Part shown: positions 8,964 through 18,297 of the stretch, piece by piece
Layout of the letters: the number at the start of each line of letters is the position of its first letter
Numbering within the stretch: the first letter of the stretch is position 1
Source of the DNA: Armatimonadota bacterium
GTDB taxonomy: Bacteria; Armatimonadota; UBA10988
Length of the DNA: 52,903 nucleotides
Reading direction: 5' to 3'
Assembly (NCBI GenBank): GCA_016235455.1
Contig: JACRKZ010000156.1
Span: forward strand, 1 to 52,903
The notes under the pieces: generated by a model
Seen by the model: only the letters and a program-made list of their open reading frames with translations
Told to the model about the DNA's origin: nothing
The model's database searches: none
Position numbers and translations under genes: made by a program

Positions 8964-11900
8964 CTACGTGTCGGCCAGCACCCGCTGCAAGGCCGCGGCC
9001 AGCTCGGCCAGCTCGTAGGGCTTCTGGATGAACACGTCGTGCGGGCCGAGCTGGGCGCGCTCGCCGAGCACGTCGCGCGCATAGCCCGAGGCCATCAGCA
9101 CGCGCACGGTCGGCCGTATGGCGCGAATCTGGTCGGCGAGTTGGCGGCCGTTGAGGCCGGGCATCACCACATCCGTGAACAGCACGTCGATGGGCTCCTG
9201 CTCAGCGCAGGCCAGGCACTCTTCGGCCGTCTCGGCGGTGACGACGTGGTAGCCCAGGTAGCTGCAGATGCGGCTGGCCAGCAACCGCACTCCCGGCTCG
9301 TCCTCGGCGATGAGGACGGTGGCGCCGCTGGCCGCGGGCGGCGGCGCGACGTCGGGCTCGGGCGCGCTGACCGGCGCGCTGGTGCCCTGCGGCAGCAGGA
9401 TGGTGAAGGTGGCGCCGGCCCCGACCCGCGAGTGCACCTCGATCTGGCCGCGGTGCTGCTGAATGATACCGAAGCTGGTGGCCAGGCCGAGGCCGGTGCC
9501 GAGGTCGCCCTTGGTGCTGAAGAACGGCTCGAAGATGCGCTCTCGCGTGGTGTCGTCCATGCCGTGCCCGGTGTCGGCCACGGTCAGCGCGACATACTCG
9601 CCGGCCGCCAGCGGGCCGCAGTCGACGGCGACATGGCGCGGCTCAGTGCGTAGCGTCAAGCGGCCGCCGTCGGGCATGGCGTCCTGCGCGTTGAGCGCCA
9701 GGTTGAGCAGCACCTGCTCGATCTGTCCGCGGTCGGCGCGCGTGAACAGCGGCTCGGGGGCCAGCTCGAGGGCGATCTCGATGTCGTCGCGTAGCGACCG
9801 GCGCATGAGCGACTGGAAGTCGCGCACCACCTCGCCCAGGTCGATGTCGCTGACCACCAGGGTCTGCCGGCGGCCAAACGCGAGCAACTGCTTGACCAGG
9901 TCGCGCGCACGGTGCGAAGCGCTGACGATCTCGCCCAGGGCCTGGCGGCGCGGGTCGCCCGGGGCGAACTCAGCCATGCTCGTCTCGGCATGTCCGAGGA
10001 TGGGTGTGAGCACGTTGTTCAGGTCGTGGGCGATGCCGCCGGCCAGCTGGCCGATGGCCTCCATCTTCTGCGCCTGCCGCAGCTCGGCTTCGAGCGCCAT
10101 CTCGCGGCTGACGTCGCGCTGCACGGCGACGAAGCGGGCCGTCTGACCCTTCTCGTCGACCACTGGCGCGATGGTCATCTCGCTGGTCAGCAGGTGTCCG
10201 TCGCGATGGCGGTCGACCACGCGGCCCGACCAGACGGCACCTGAGTTGATGGTTCGCCACAGGTGCGCGTAGAAGTCCGCCGAGTGCTCGTCGCTGCGCA
10301 GCACGCTGGGCAGTTGGCCGAGCACCTCGTCGCGCTGGTATCCGGTGAGGCGCTCGAAGGCGGGGTTCACGTATTCGAGCGCGCCGTGGGGATCGGTGAT
10401 GACGATGCTTTCGCCGGCCTGGTCCATGGCGGTGACGAGGTGGCGCAGTTCGGTCAGCGAACGCACGCGCTCGAGCTCGGCGCCGGCGCGCGCGGCGCAG
10501 ATGCGCAGCAGTGGCTCGATCTGCTGCGAGGTGAGGATCGGTCCGTCGTGCCAGAGCGTGATGACGCCGATGGGTTGACCGTCGCTCGCCGGCAGGATGG
10601 CGGCCGAGAAGCTCTCCAGGCGGCTACGGCACGGTGCCGACGGCCAGTAGGCGTCGGCGCCGCTGCTCACGCTGAGCACGCCGCCGGCGACCAGTTTGGC
10701 CCACGCCGCGCCATCGAGCGGCAGGTCGAAGGCCGGCTGGGGCTGGCCTTCGATGACGTGTGCCAGTGAGCGCAGGCGCCCGTCGACGATCTCGGCCACG
10801 AAGCAGCCGGCGCAGTCTGCGGCTTCAGCCAGTGCCCGCGCCAACGCGGCGAAGAAGGCCATGCCCGTGGTCTGGGCCGTGCCCTCCACCGTGGTGCGCA
10901 GGAGCCGCTCGACCAGTTTGCGCTCGCCCACGTCGCGCAGCACCACCTGCACCGCCGGCTGCCCATCAAACGTCACGGGCGCGGGTGCCACCTCCACATC
11001 GAGCAGCGTGCCGTCGAGCCGGAACAGCATCTGCTCCATGGGCGGCACGCTCTGGGTATCAGCCAGCAGCCGCATGCGCTCGCTGACCTCGCCTCGCTGG
11101 GTGGGATGCACGAAGTCGAAGGCGCTGCGGCCCAGCAGTTGCGCCTCGCTGTCGGCGCCGAGCAGGGCCAACGCGGCAGCGTTGGCCAGCACGATGGTGG
11201 CATCGCGGTGCACGACGATGGCCTCGGGCGAACGCTCGACGAGCACGCGGAAGCGGGCCTCGCTCCTGGCCATGGCTTGCTCGGCATGCCGGTGCTCGGT
11301 GATGTCGCGAGCCACGCCATGCACCGCCAGCCACTCACCGTTGTCATCGAGCAGAGCGTTGCCGACCACCTCGATCCAGACCGTCCGGCCGTCGCGTGTG
11401 ATCATCCGGATCTCGACGCGCTCCGAACGGGCACAGGCGTTGGCCAGGGCCTGGCGCTGCTCTGCGGTACAGTAGTCCTCGGGTGGTACCAGGTCCCACA
11501 CGTCTCGGCCCAGGATCTCCTCCGGCAAGTAGCCAAGCAGGCCCTCGACCGCGCCGTTCACGTAGGTGAGCTGCCCGGACCTGTCCACCTCGAACAGGGT
11601 GTCCTTCACACTCGCGGTGAGCAGGGCGAGCCGGCGCTCGCTGGTCTGGCGTGCTTCCTCGGCCTGACGCCAGGCGGCGATCTCCCAGGCCAGGTCGGCC
11701 AGTTGGTAGACCAGCTCGACGTCGTCGTCGCCGTAATCGCGCGGCTTGTTGCCCACGCCCAGCACCGCCACCGGCAGACCGTTGCGTAGCACCGGCACGG
11801 TCAACACGCGCTCGACGGTCGCGTGTCCCTCGGGCAGCGCGCGCCGCCCAGGCCGTGCCGCATAGTCGTTGCGCACCACCGGCTGGCAGAGCTCCAGGCA

Positions 11901-13163
11901 CTCGGCCCAGACGCCGACCTCGTCGGGCTCGTAGCTATGCGCGAGCGCTTGCGCTCGGCAGAACTGGGTCGTGGTCCGCGTCGACCACGCCTGCACCGCC
12001 ACGCTGCGGGCGAGCGGGTCAACGAAGTGGAAGAAGCCGGTCAGACTGCCGGTCAGCCACTCCGCCTCGTCGAGTGTTGCCACCAGCACCTCGTGCAGGC
12101 TGTGGGTCTGGGCGTACTCCAGCAGCCGCACGCGTGCCGCTTGGAGCATCTGCTCATGGTGACGCTGCTGGATATCGCGCGCCACGCCGACCACGCCGCT
12201 GGTTCGGCCGCGCTGGTCGAGCAGGGGAGACTTGCGGGTCTCGGTGTACGCCACCCGGCCCTGGGCGCCCGGTATGGCTTCCTCGACCTGACGCGTCCGG
12301 CCGTCGGCCAGGACCTGGGCGTCGACCGCGCAGAGCCGCGCCGCGGTGTCCGGCTCGAACAGATCGCTGCTCCGCGAGCCGATGATCGTCTTGGCTGGGC
12401 GGTCGATCAACCGCTCGAAGGCCGGGTTCACCGCGCGGTAGCGACCTTCCAGGTCCTTGACGCAAACGGCGTCGGGAATGGCATCGAGCACGCCGCGCAG
12501 CATGGCCCGGTCTTGATGGGCGGCCTGCTCGGCGCGGAAGCGCAGCAGTACCGAACCGGTCTCCGCCGCCAAGGCGCACAGCGCTTCCAGCCCGCCGGCA
12601 TCAGCCGAGTAGCGATGCGCGGAGGCCACGTTGACGAACCCCACTACCTCATCGCGCGCGCGAATGGCAATGGCATAGCCGCAGGTGAGCCCGAACTGGC
12701 TGCGTAGCGCCGAGAGGTGGCCGCAGTTGGTGATCAGATCGAGTGGACGCGGCTCGGCCAGGGTGGCCACCACCACCGGGCTGTCGAGCGGCATGTAGCG
12801 CACCTGCTCGACCATGGCCGGCGGCAGCCCGATGTGATGCCGCAGCACCAGCCAGTCGCCCTCCGTGCCGTAGACGCCGCCCGCTTCGAGCCCGGTCAGT
12901 TCCAGCGCCGCGCTCAACAACTGGATATTGGCCTGCGCCATGGTGGCGCTGCCGGCGACGGCGACGATACCGTCCCGCAGGCGCCCGCGCCGGGCCTCGG
13001 TCGTGGCCAGCAGCGCGTCACGCTCAGCGGCCAGGCGACCGAGCAGGGCGCGCACGTCGGCCGGAATGTCCGGTCGCGCCATCGCTGACGTCACGGTCAG
13101 CGCACCGTCCTCGTTTGCCGCGTCTGGCCCTAGCACGTCCACACTCGCCTGTCGCCCTGACAT
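8964..13163 (-). CDS. Multi-sensor hybrid histidine kinase (GAF/PAS arrays, HisKA, HATPase, receiver)
   Basis: QAQKMEAIGQLAGGIAHDLNN H-box; NLALNAQDAM, DTGHGMD, FEPFFSTK and GTGLGL boxes; TDVVMPGLNG receiver; several PAS/PAC and GAF segments. Start uncertain. Confidence 0.93.
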   Translation of the reverse strand: MSGRQASVDVLGPDAANEDGALTVTSAMARPDIPADVRALLGRLAAERDALLATTEARRGRLRDGIVAVAGSATMAQANIQLLSAALELTGLEAGGVYGTEGDWLVLRHHIGLPPAMVEQVRYMPLDSPVVVATLAEPRPLDLITNCGHLSALRSQFGLTCGYAIAIRARDEVVGFVNVASAHRYSADAGGLEALCALAAETGSVLLRFRAEQAAHQDRAMLRGVLDAIPDAVCVKDLEGRYRAVNPAFERLIDRPAKTIIGSRSSDLFEPDTAARLCAVDAQVLADGRTRQVEEAIPGAQGRVAYTETRKSPLLDQRGRTSGVVGVARDIQQRHHEQMLQAARVRLLEYAQTHSLHEVLVATLDEAEWLTGSLTGFFHFVDPLARSVAVQAWSTRTTTQFCRAQALAHSYEPDEVGVWAECLELCQPVVRNDYAARPGRRALPEGHATVERVLTVPVLRNGLPVAVLGVGNKPRDYGDDDVELVYQLADLAWEIAAWRQAEEARQTSERRLALLTASVKDTLFEVDRSGQLTYVNGAVEGLLGYLPEEILGRDVWDLVPPEDYCTAEQRQALANACARSERVEIRMITRDGRTVWIEVVGNALLDDNGEWLAVHGVARDITEHRHAEQAMARSEARFRVLVERSPEAIVVHRDATIVLANAAALALLGADSEAQLLGRSAFDFVHPTQRGEVSERMRLLADTQSVPPMEQMLFRLDGTLLDVEVAPAPVTFDGQPAVQVVLRDVGERKLVERLLRTTVEGTAQTTGMAFFAALARALAEAADCAGCFVAEIVDGRLRSLAHVIEGQPQPAFDLPLDGAAWAKLVAGGVLSVSSGADAYWPSAPCRSRLESFSAAILPASDGQPIGVITLWHDGPILTSQQIEPLLRICAARAGAELERVRSLTELRHLVTAMDQAGESIVITDPHGALEYVNPAFERLTGYQRDEVLGQLPSVLRSDEHSADFYAHLWRTINSGAVWSGRVVDRHRDGHLLTSEMTIAPVVDEKGQTARFVAVQRDVSREMALEAELRQAQKMEAIGQLAGGIAHDLNNVLTPILGHAETSMAEFAPGDPRRQALGEIVSASHRARDLVKQLLAFGRRQTLVVSDIDLGEVVRDFQSLMRRSLRDDIEIALELAPEPLFTRADRGQIEQVLLNLALNAQDAMPDGGRLTLRTEPRHVAVDCGPLAAGEYVALTVADTGHGMDDTTRERIFEPFFSTKGDLGTGLGLATSFGIIQQHRGQIEVHSRVGAGATFTILLPQGTSAPVSAPEPDVAPPPAASGATVLIAEDEPGVRLLASRICSYLGYHVVTAETAEECLACAEQEPIDVLFTDVVMPGLNGRQLADQIRAIRPTVRVLMASGYARDVLGERAQLGPHDVFIQKPYELAELAAALQRVLADT

Positions 13164-13271
13164 CCGTCGCCACTACCATAACAGCAGCATGGTGCGCGCT
13201 CACCTCCCAGTGTTGGGGAGGAATGAACCGAACGTAAACTTGGCTGGCGCCGGAGTCGCGGCGGCGTCGGG

Positions 13272-14363
13272 TCAGACCATCTGCTGCGCCAGCGTCCACA
13301 CATTCATAATGGAGGCCACGTAGAGATCAGGCCCCTTGCGGCCATCGGGTGCGGCCCATTCCACGACGCCGTTCTGCTGGTAGTAGGCCATCAGCTCGGC
13401 CATGGTCCGGCGCGCCAGTTCCGGAGCCACGCCGTTCAGCGCTTTGATCAGCCAGCCCGAGGCCGTGCCCCAGTAGCCGCCGTTCTGGTAGGTGCCTGCC
13501 GGCACGTTGCCAAACAGGCTCTGCCAGACCTGGTCGCCCGGCAGATGCCGCACCTGGCCGGCGAAGGTGTAGTCGGCGTAGTGCGCCGCCAGCCAGCGCG
13601 CCACGCGGTCGCGCCGTTCGGCGCTGCCGATGCCCTCGGCCACCAGGAAGGCGTTGCCCCAGACGTCGATCTGGCGGCAGACCTCGTTGGCCGCCAAGTA
13701 GATGCCCTGGCCTTCATCCCACAGCAGCCGTAGGCCGTCCTCGGCCGCGGCGATGGCCGCCTGGTAGCGGCTGGCCTGCTCAGGGTCGAGACTGGCCATC
13801 TGGCGGCAGGCGCAGACCCACAGCAGCGAGCAGAACAGGTCGTGCCCACCCTTGGCCACCGTGTCCTGGAAGCCGTAGGTGCTTGAGCGCTCCTGGGGAT
13901 CGTTGAACACCAGGCCGCGGTTGAGCGGCATCCAGGCCAGCCCGCGCCGCAGCACCGGCAGCGCCGCTTTGACCAGTTCGGCGTCGTGGTGACGGCGGTG
14001 GTAGTGGTAGACGGTGGCCACCAGGAACAGCGGGTTGTCCAGCGCCGGCCCATGGCCTAGGGGCCCCTCAATGCCGCCGGGATGGAAGAGCGGCACGAGC
14101 CGCTGGTTGACGCGGTCGGGCACCGCGCCGTCGTGGCGCCCGCCGGCCAGCAACACCCCAATCGCCGCGCGCGACTCGTCGCGCCCGAGGAACTCGCCGC
14201 CATGCTCCAGCAGGTAGGCATAGTCGCGCGTCCACAGCGCGCCGTAGTTGCCCACGCCGTCGGGGGTGAACAGCGTGGTACCGTCGAGCGCCTTGAGGCG
14301 GCAGGTGCGGGCCACCTCGACGCACTTGTTGCGCGCCCAGGCGAGGAGTTCGGGGTTCGGCAT
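13272..14363 (-). CDS. (alpha/alpha)6-barrel glycoside hydrolase-like protein
   Basis: YGALWTRDYAY, YGFQDTV, GTYQNGGYW and terminal E...YVAS motifs typical of six-hairpin glycosidases. Confidence 0.7.
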   Translation of the reverse strand: MPNPELLAWARNKCVEVARTCRLKALDGTTLFTPDGVGNYGALWTRDYAYLLEHGGEFLGRDESRAAIGVLLAGGRHDGAVPDRVNQRLVPLFHPGGIEGPLGHGPALDNPLFLVATVYHYHRRHHDAELVKAALPVLRRGLAWMPLNRGLVFNDPQERSSTYGFQDTVAKGGHDLFCSLLWVCACRQMASLDPEQASRYQAAIAAAEDGLRLLWDEGQGIYLAANEVCRQIDVWGNAFLVAEGIGSAERRDRVARWLAAHYADYTFAGQVRHLPGDQVWQSLFGNVPAGTYQNGGYWGTASGWLIKALNGVAPELARRTMAELMAYYQQNGVVEWAAPDGRKGPDLYVASIMNVWTLAQQMV

Positions 14364-14366
14364 GGG

Positions 14367-15551
14367 TCAGGCTCCGGGCCAGGTATAGCCTGGGATCTTG
14401 AGCAACTCGCCGTCCTTAAGTGCCGACTGATGCGCCACGATGCCACCGACGGTCATGTTCAGCGCCCAGGCGATGTTGACCAGCGGCTGCCGGTCCAGCA
14501 GCACCGCCTGCACGAACTCGTTGCACAGATGCCCATGCGACCCGCCATGGCCGCCGGCTTCGACGCCGGGCGGCAGCGCCGGCTTGCGCAGGTCCACGCC
14601 GGCAGGCACCTTGGCCGAGAAGGCCTGGTTGAAGGCGCCCTTGCTGCCGCGGATGCGGCCCATCTCACCCTCGTGGCCGGGCGTGGCCCAGCTCACGGCC
14701 ATGCGTGCCGAGCCGCCTTCGGACGTCTTGAACAGCGCGATCTCGGTCGCGAAGGGGTTCTTGTACGGGTTGGCGCCGGGCTGGAACTGGTCGATGCCGC
14801 ACTTGCTGCCCAGGCAGGAGACCGCGGTGAACCGGCCGCCGGCTACGCACACGTGGTAGGCGTTGGAGTGCGTGGGATACCACTGCGGCGGCAGGCCCAC
14901 GCGCCAGCCCTTGTAGCTGTCGATGGGCGTGCTCATGTAATGGTAGTACTCGCCCTCGGCATAAACCAGGTCGCCCAGCGCGCCAGCGGCATGGAGCCCG
15001 CGCATGGCGACCATGTCGTCGTGGAAGGCCGAGGTCTCGAACATCATGTACTTGAGGCCAGACTTCTTCACCGCCTCATACACGGCGTCGGCCTCCTCCA
15101 GGCTGCCAAACACCGCCGGCACCGCGCAGGCCACATGCTTGCCGTGCTTCAGCACCTCCATGACATGCCGGCCATGGCTGGGCGCGTCGGTGGCCACGAA
15201 CACGGCCTCGATGCGGTCATCCTTGACCAGTTCCTCCAGCGAGGGATAGGTCTTGGCACAGCGGCAGGCCTTGGCCAGGCCGTCGCAGCGCTCGGGGATC
15301 AGGTCGCTGACGGCGACCACCTCGACGTTGGGATGGTTCTGGAAGCCGAACTGCGCGCCGAACTGGCAGACGCCGTAGCCGACGATGCCGACTCGCAGTT
15401 TCCGCTCCGAGAACGGCTGCCAGACGCGCGCGGCGTTGGGGTCGTCCTTGGCTTTCTCGAAGCCGGCGATGTTGGGCTGCGCGCCCGCGGCACCGACGGC
15501 GCCGATGGCGGTGGCAAGGAGGAAGTCACGTCGTTGGAGGGTGGTGGCCAT
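14367..15551 (-). CDS. Gfo/Idh/MocA-family oxidoreductase with Tat signal
   Basis: QRRDFL twin-arginine motif; RVGIVGYG Rossmann start; GKHVACAVP; GGHGGSH. Confidence 0.88.
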   Translation of the reverse strand: MATTLQRRDFLLATAIGAVGAAGAQPNIAGFEKAKDDPNAARVWQPFSERKLRVGIVGYGVCQFGAQFGFQNHPNVEVVAVSDLIPERCDGLAKACRCAKTYPSLEELVKDDRIEAVFVATDAPSHGRHVMEVLKHGKHVACAVPAVFGSLEEADAVYEAVKKSGLKYMMFETSAFHDDMVAMRGLHAAGALGDLVYAEGEYYHYMSTPIDSYKGWRVGLPPQWYPTHSNAYHVCVAGGRFTAVSCLGSKCGIDQFQPGANPYKNPFATEIALFKTSEGGSARMAVSWATPGHEGEMGRIRGSKGAFNQAFSAKVPAGVDLRKPALPPGVEAGGHGGSHGHLCNEFVQAVLLDRQPLVNIAWALNMTVGGIVAHQSALKDGELLKIPGYTWPGA

Positions 15552-15612
15552 GGTGCTGATCTCTCTGTTCGCGATGTTCGGCGGTGGTTGGGCTGGTCCT
15601 TCGCGCACATGT

Positions 15613-15690
15613 CAGCCACGAGAGGACACAAAGAGCACAGAGGGGAGCTATGGTGGTGGTCTCTGTGGTCTCTGTGCTCTCTTGTGGTTG
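15613..15690. repeat. Intergenic palindrome built from CACAGAG / CTCTGTG units (REP-like)
   Basis: cagccacgagaggacacaaagagcacagag ... ctctgtggtctctgtgctctcttgtggttg imperfect inverted arms with internal 9-10 nt periodicity. Confidence 0.75.
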
Positions 15691-15744
15691 GGTTGCGTAT
15701 GTTCGTCCGTGCTCGGCACTGTATGCCGACCAGCGGACGCCTAC

Positions 15745-17928
15745 TCACGGCGTCGCGCGATACACGCTCAGTTCAAAGATCGACCAGTGATAGGTCGGAT
15801 TGGTGCCGGTCTGCGTGATGCGCAGGTAGCGCGCGGTCTGCGGCGCGAAGGTGATGGTCGTGATGCCCAGCGCGCCCCGGCCGGTGGCCACCGGCTGGCC
15901 CCAGGTCGTGCCGTCGTCCGAGAGGGTCACGGCGTACTCGGTGGGCGAGTCCCACAGCGCCCAGGTGTTGTCGAGCACGACCTTGTCGAACGTCTGGCGG
16001 TGGAGCATATCCACCTGGAACCACTGGCCGGGGTACTGGGTCCGGGTCATATCGCGCCAGCCGGTCCAGTAGTCGCCGTCCAGCGCGTTCGCCGCGGGCA
16101 CCTTGATGGGGATCTTGGCGCCGCTGAACAGGAACTCGCCGTCCGGCACCGAGGCCGATGCCACCCAACCACGCTTGTCGAGCGCCACCTCGGCGCGCGG
16201 CTTGGGTCGTGGCGCCTTGGGCGAGTCGAGCGGCACCACGCCGCGTCCCACCAGGTGCCAGGTGCCCGGCCGCAGGCGGAACTTGACATAGCCGTCCTGC
16301 TCGCCGATCCACGACAGGCCCGGCACCACGTCGTGGTAGCCGCCGTTCCACACCGTCTGGCCGTTGGCCAGGATGGCGTTGAGCCGCGTGAACGAGCGCC
16401 GCGGCAGCCCCACCACCGCCGTGGTGCCCGGCGGCGAGATGACGCTCAGGGCATACTCGGTCCCGCTCTTGCGGATCTCGACCGTCACGGGACCTTTGAC
16501 CGTGGGCACCGTGGTGTGCAGGTTGGTCAGGAAGGCCTCCTGGGGCAACACCTGGAAGGTCGACCAGCCCGGCTCGATGGGCCGCACGCCGACGGTGTTC
16601 TGGCCGAGGACGACCGCCGGCGGGTTCCAGCCGTGGTTGAGCGATGACGCGTCGTCGAACGCGTTCAGCCACGAGGCCCACCAGCGGTCGTAGTGTTCCC
16701 ACAGCGTGGTCTGGGGGGCGTCGATCATGGTGCGGTAGCGGGTCACCATGCGCAGCAGCGCCTGGTCGGGCCGGCCCATGCGGCATAGCGCTTCGAACAC
16801 CCAACGGTCGAAGAAGCAACTGGCGTTGGTGGTCCGGCTCAGCACGTCGGTCCAGATGGCATCCCACTTGCTCTCGTCGGCCAGCCCAGCGTTGACGGCC
16901 ATGGCGTTGGCCCGGTCGTCGGGCGCCGCCACGTCGGCCGACTGGTAGTAGCGCCCGCGCCAGAAGCGCTGGTCGAAGGTGCGGCGGACCTCGTCGCGCT
17001 TGGCGTCGATCAGCGCCAAGTCGGCCTGATGGCCGGTGGCCAGGGCCATCTGGCGCAGTGTCCCCAGGTCGATGTACCAGAAGCAGGTCTCGATGACGCT
17101 GGTGTCCTTGCTGTCTTTGCCCCAGTCGTACCAGGTGTTCTTGTGGCCGAACTGGTAGGTCTCCAGCAGGAAGGTCTTCGTCGCGTCGTAGACGGCGGCG
17201 ATGGACGCCAGGTCGCCCGAGTGCAGGTAGTAGAACCACAGGCCATACTCGCCCAGGAACTCGAGGTGCTGGCCGGGATAGAACTTGGGTTGGAGCTGGC
17301 GTGTCACCAGGTCCTTGGCCAGGGCGTGGGCGCGCTGGTCGAAGACATAGAAGCACTGGTTGAGCTCGGGCGTGCCATCGCCCCAGAAGCCGACGCGCTC
17401 GCGGTCGGGGCAGTCGTAGAAGTGGTCGCGCATGCACAGATACGCGGTGCGCGCGGCCTTGCGCCAGAGGATGTTGAAGTCCTCGTCGTTGCACCAGAAC
17501 GAGCCGGCGACGCTCGTGTCGTAGCCGGTTTCGCGGTACCGGACAGCCCGCACCCCTACTCCCGCGGGGATGGTGTAGACGGCGCCCTCGCCGCTGACCC
17601 AGTTCTTGGCCTCGTAGACGCGCTTGCCGTCCACGGTGTCCTGGGTCTCGGTCGGCGTCAGGTAGAGCACCAGCGGATTGCTGGAATTGAAGGTCAGCGT
17701 CTTGCCCGCGGGCGCATCCACCTCGATCCAAGGCTGGAATTGGCAGTTGTAGGGCAGAGCGCAGACCAGACGCCAGGGCTTCTCCTCGGCATGGGGCAGG
17801 TCTTCAGAAACCCGCACGTAGTCCTTCAGGCCATAGTCGCGGATGGGCATGGCGGTCCTCGCTGGTCCGGCGGCGAGGACCGCCACGATGGCGCACAACA
17901 CGGCTCGCAGGGTCTGGCGGCGCGGCAT
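15745..17928 (-). CDS. GH78 alpha-L-rhamnosidase-like protein with C-terminal F5/8 (discoidin) domain
   Basis: Signal peptide; DCPDRERVGFWGD; TTLWEH; SLNHGW; C-terminal QWFQVDM...ARYLRITQTG...WSIFE. Confidence 0.85.
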   Translation of the reverse strand: MPRRQTLRAVLCAIVAVLAAGPARTAMPIRDYGLKDYVRVSEDLPHAEEKPWRLVCALPYNCQFQPWIEVDAPAGKTLTFNSSNPLVLYLTPTETQDTVDGKRVYEAKNWVSGEGAVYTIPAGVGVRAVRYRETGYDTSVAGSFWCNDEDFNILWRKAARTAYLCMRDHFYDCPDRERVGFWGDGTPELNQCFYVFDQRAHALAKDLVTRQLQPKFYPGQHLEFLGEYGLWFYYLHSGDLASIAAVYDATKTFLLETYQFGHKNTWYDWGKDSKDTSVIETCFWYIDLGTLRQMALATGHQADLALIDAKRDEVRRTFDQRFWRGRYYQSADVAAPDDRANAMAVNAGLADESKWDAIWTDVLSRTTNASCFFDRWVFEALCRMGRPDQALLRMVTRYRTMIDAPQTTLWEHYDRWWASWLNAFDDASSLNHGWNPPAVVLGQNTVGVRPIEPGWSTFQVLPQEAFLTNLHTTVPTVKGPVTVEIRKSGTEYALSVISPPGTTAVVGLPRRSFTRLNAILANGQTVWNGGYHDVVPGLSWIGEQDGYVKFRLRPGTWHLVGRGVVPLDSPKAPRPKPRAEVALDKRGWVASASVPDGEFLFSGAKIPIKVPAANALDGDYWTGWRDMTRTQYPGQWFQVDMLHRQTFDKVVLDNTWALWDSPTEYAVTLSDDGTTWGQPVATGRGALGITTITFAPQTARYLRITQTGTNPTYHWSIFELSVYRATP

Positions 17929-18003
17929 GGCGGCTCCCCGGTTTGGGGCGGTCTGTTCGCCGAGGTCGGAGCGCCTCCTTTGCCGCGGTTGGTGTCACCG
18001 GCC

Positions 18004-18250
18004 TCACTCCCTGAAAGTAGTCGGCCCGCTGGCTACCGTCGAAAGCGGCCCGAGGTCAGGCAGCACCGGCCGAAAGCGGCGGCCCGACCCGCACGGGCAA
18101 GGGTCGCGGCGGCCGAGCTTCTCGCTCAGTTCTTTGTCGCCATGGACCACGCGCGCACCGCGCATGACGCGTGCTTCGGACGGGAAGCCCTTACGGCGCT
18201 TGCTCATTGGCTCGAAAGCCCAGTTCGTCGTACCGTGGTTGGCGTGACAT
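18004..18250 (-). CDS. Small SEC-C motif (Zn-binding) protein interrupted by four +1 frameshifts at TTTC; 80 aa if recoded
   Basis: AAGGAGGT RBS 5 nt before ATG 18250; [15 protein letters not shown]; the closing CC of the SEC-C motif lies in the +1 frame; length 247 nt = 81 codons + 4. Confidence 0.8.
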
Positions 18251-18297
18251 AGCGCACCTCCTTGGCCGGAGGCTGTATCGCGCCACCGCGGCTGGTG

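Noticed and set aside
15613-15690. CRISPR array
   Set aside because: Inverted short-period repeats without unique spacers; no cas genes in the window.
18005-18080. Hammerhead ribozyme on the plus strand (CTGA...GAAA)
   Set aside because: The core CUGAnGA is not matched (ctgaaag) and the required stems were not found.
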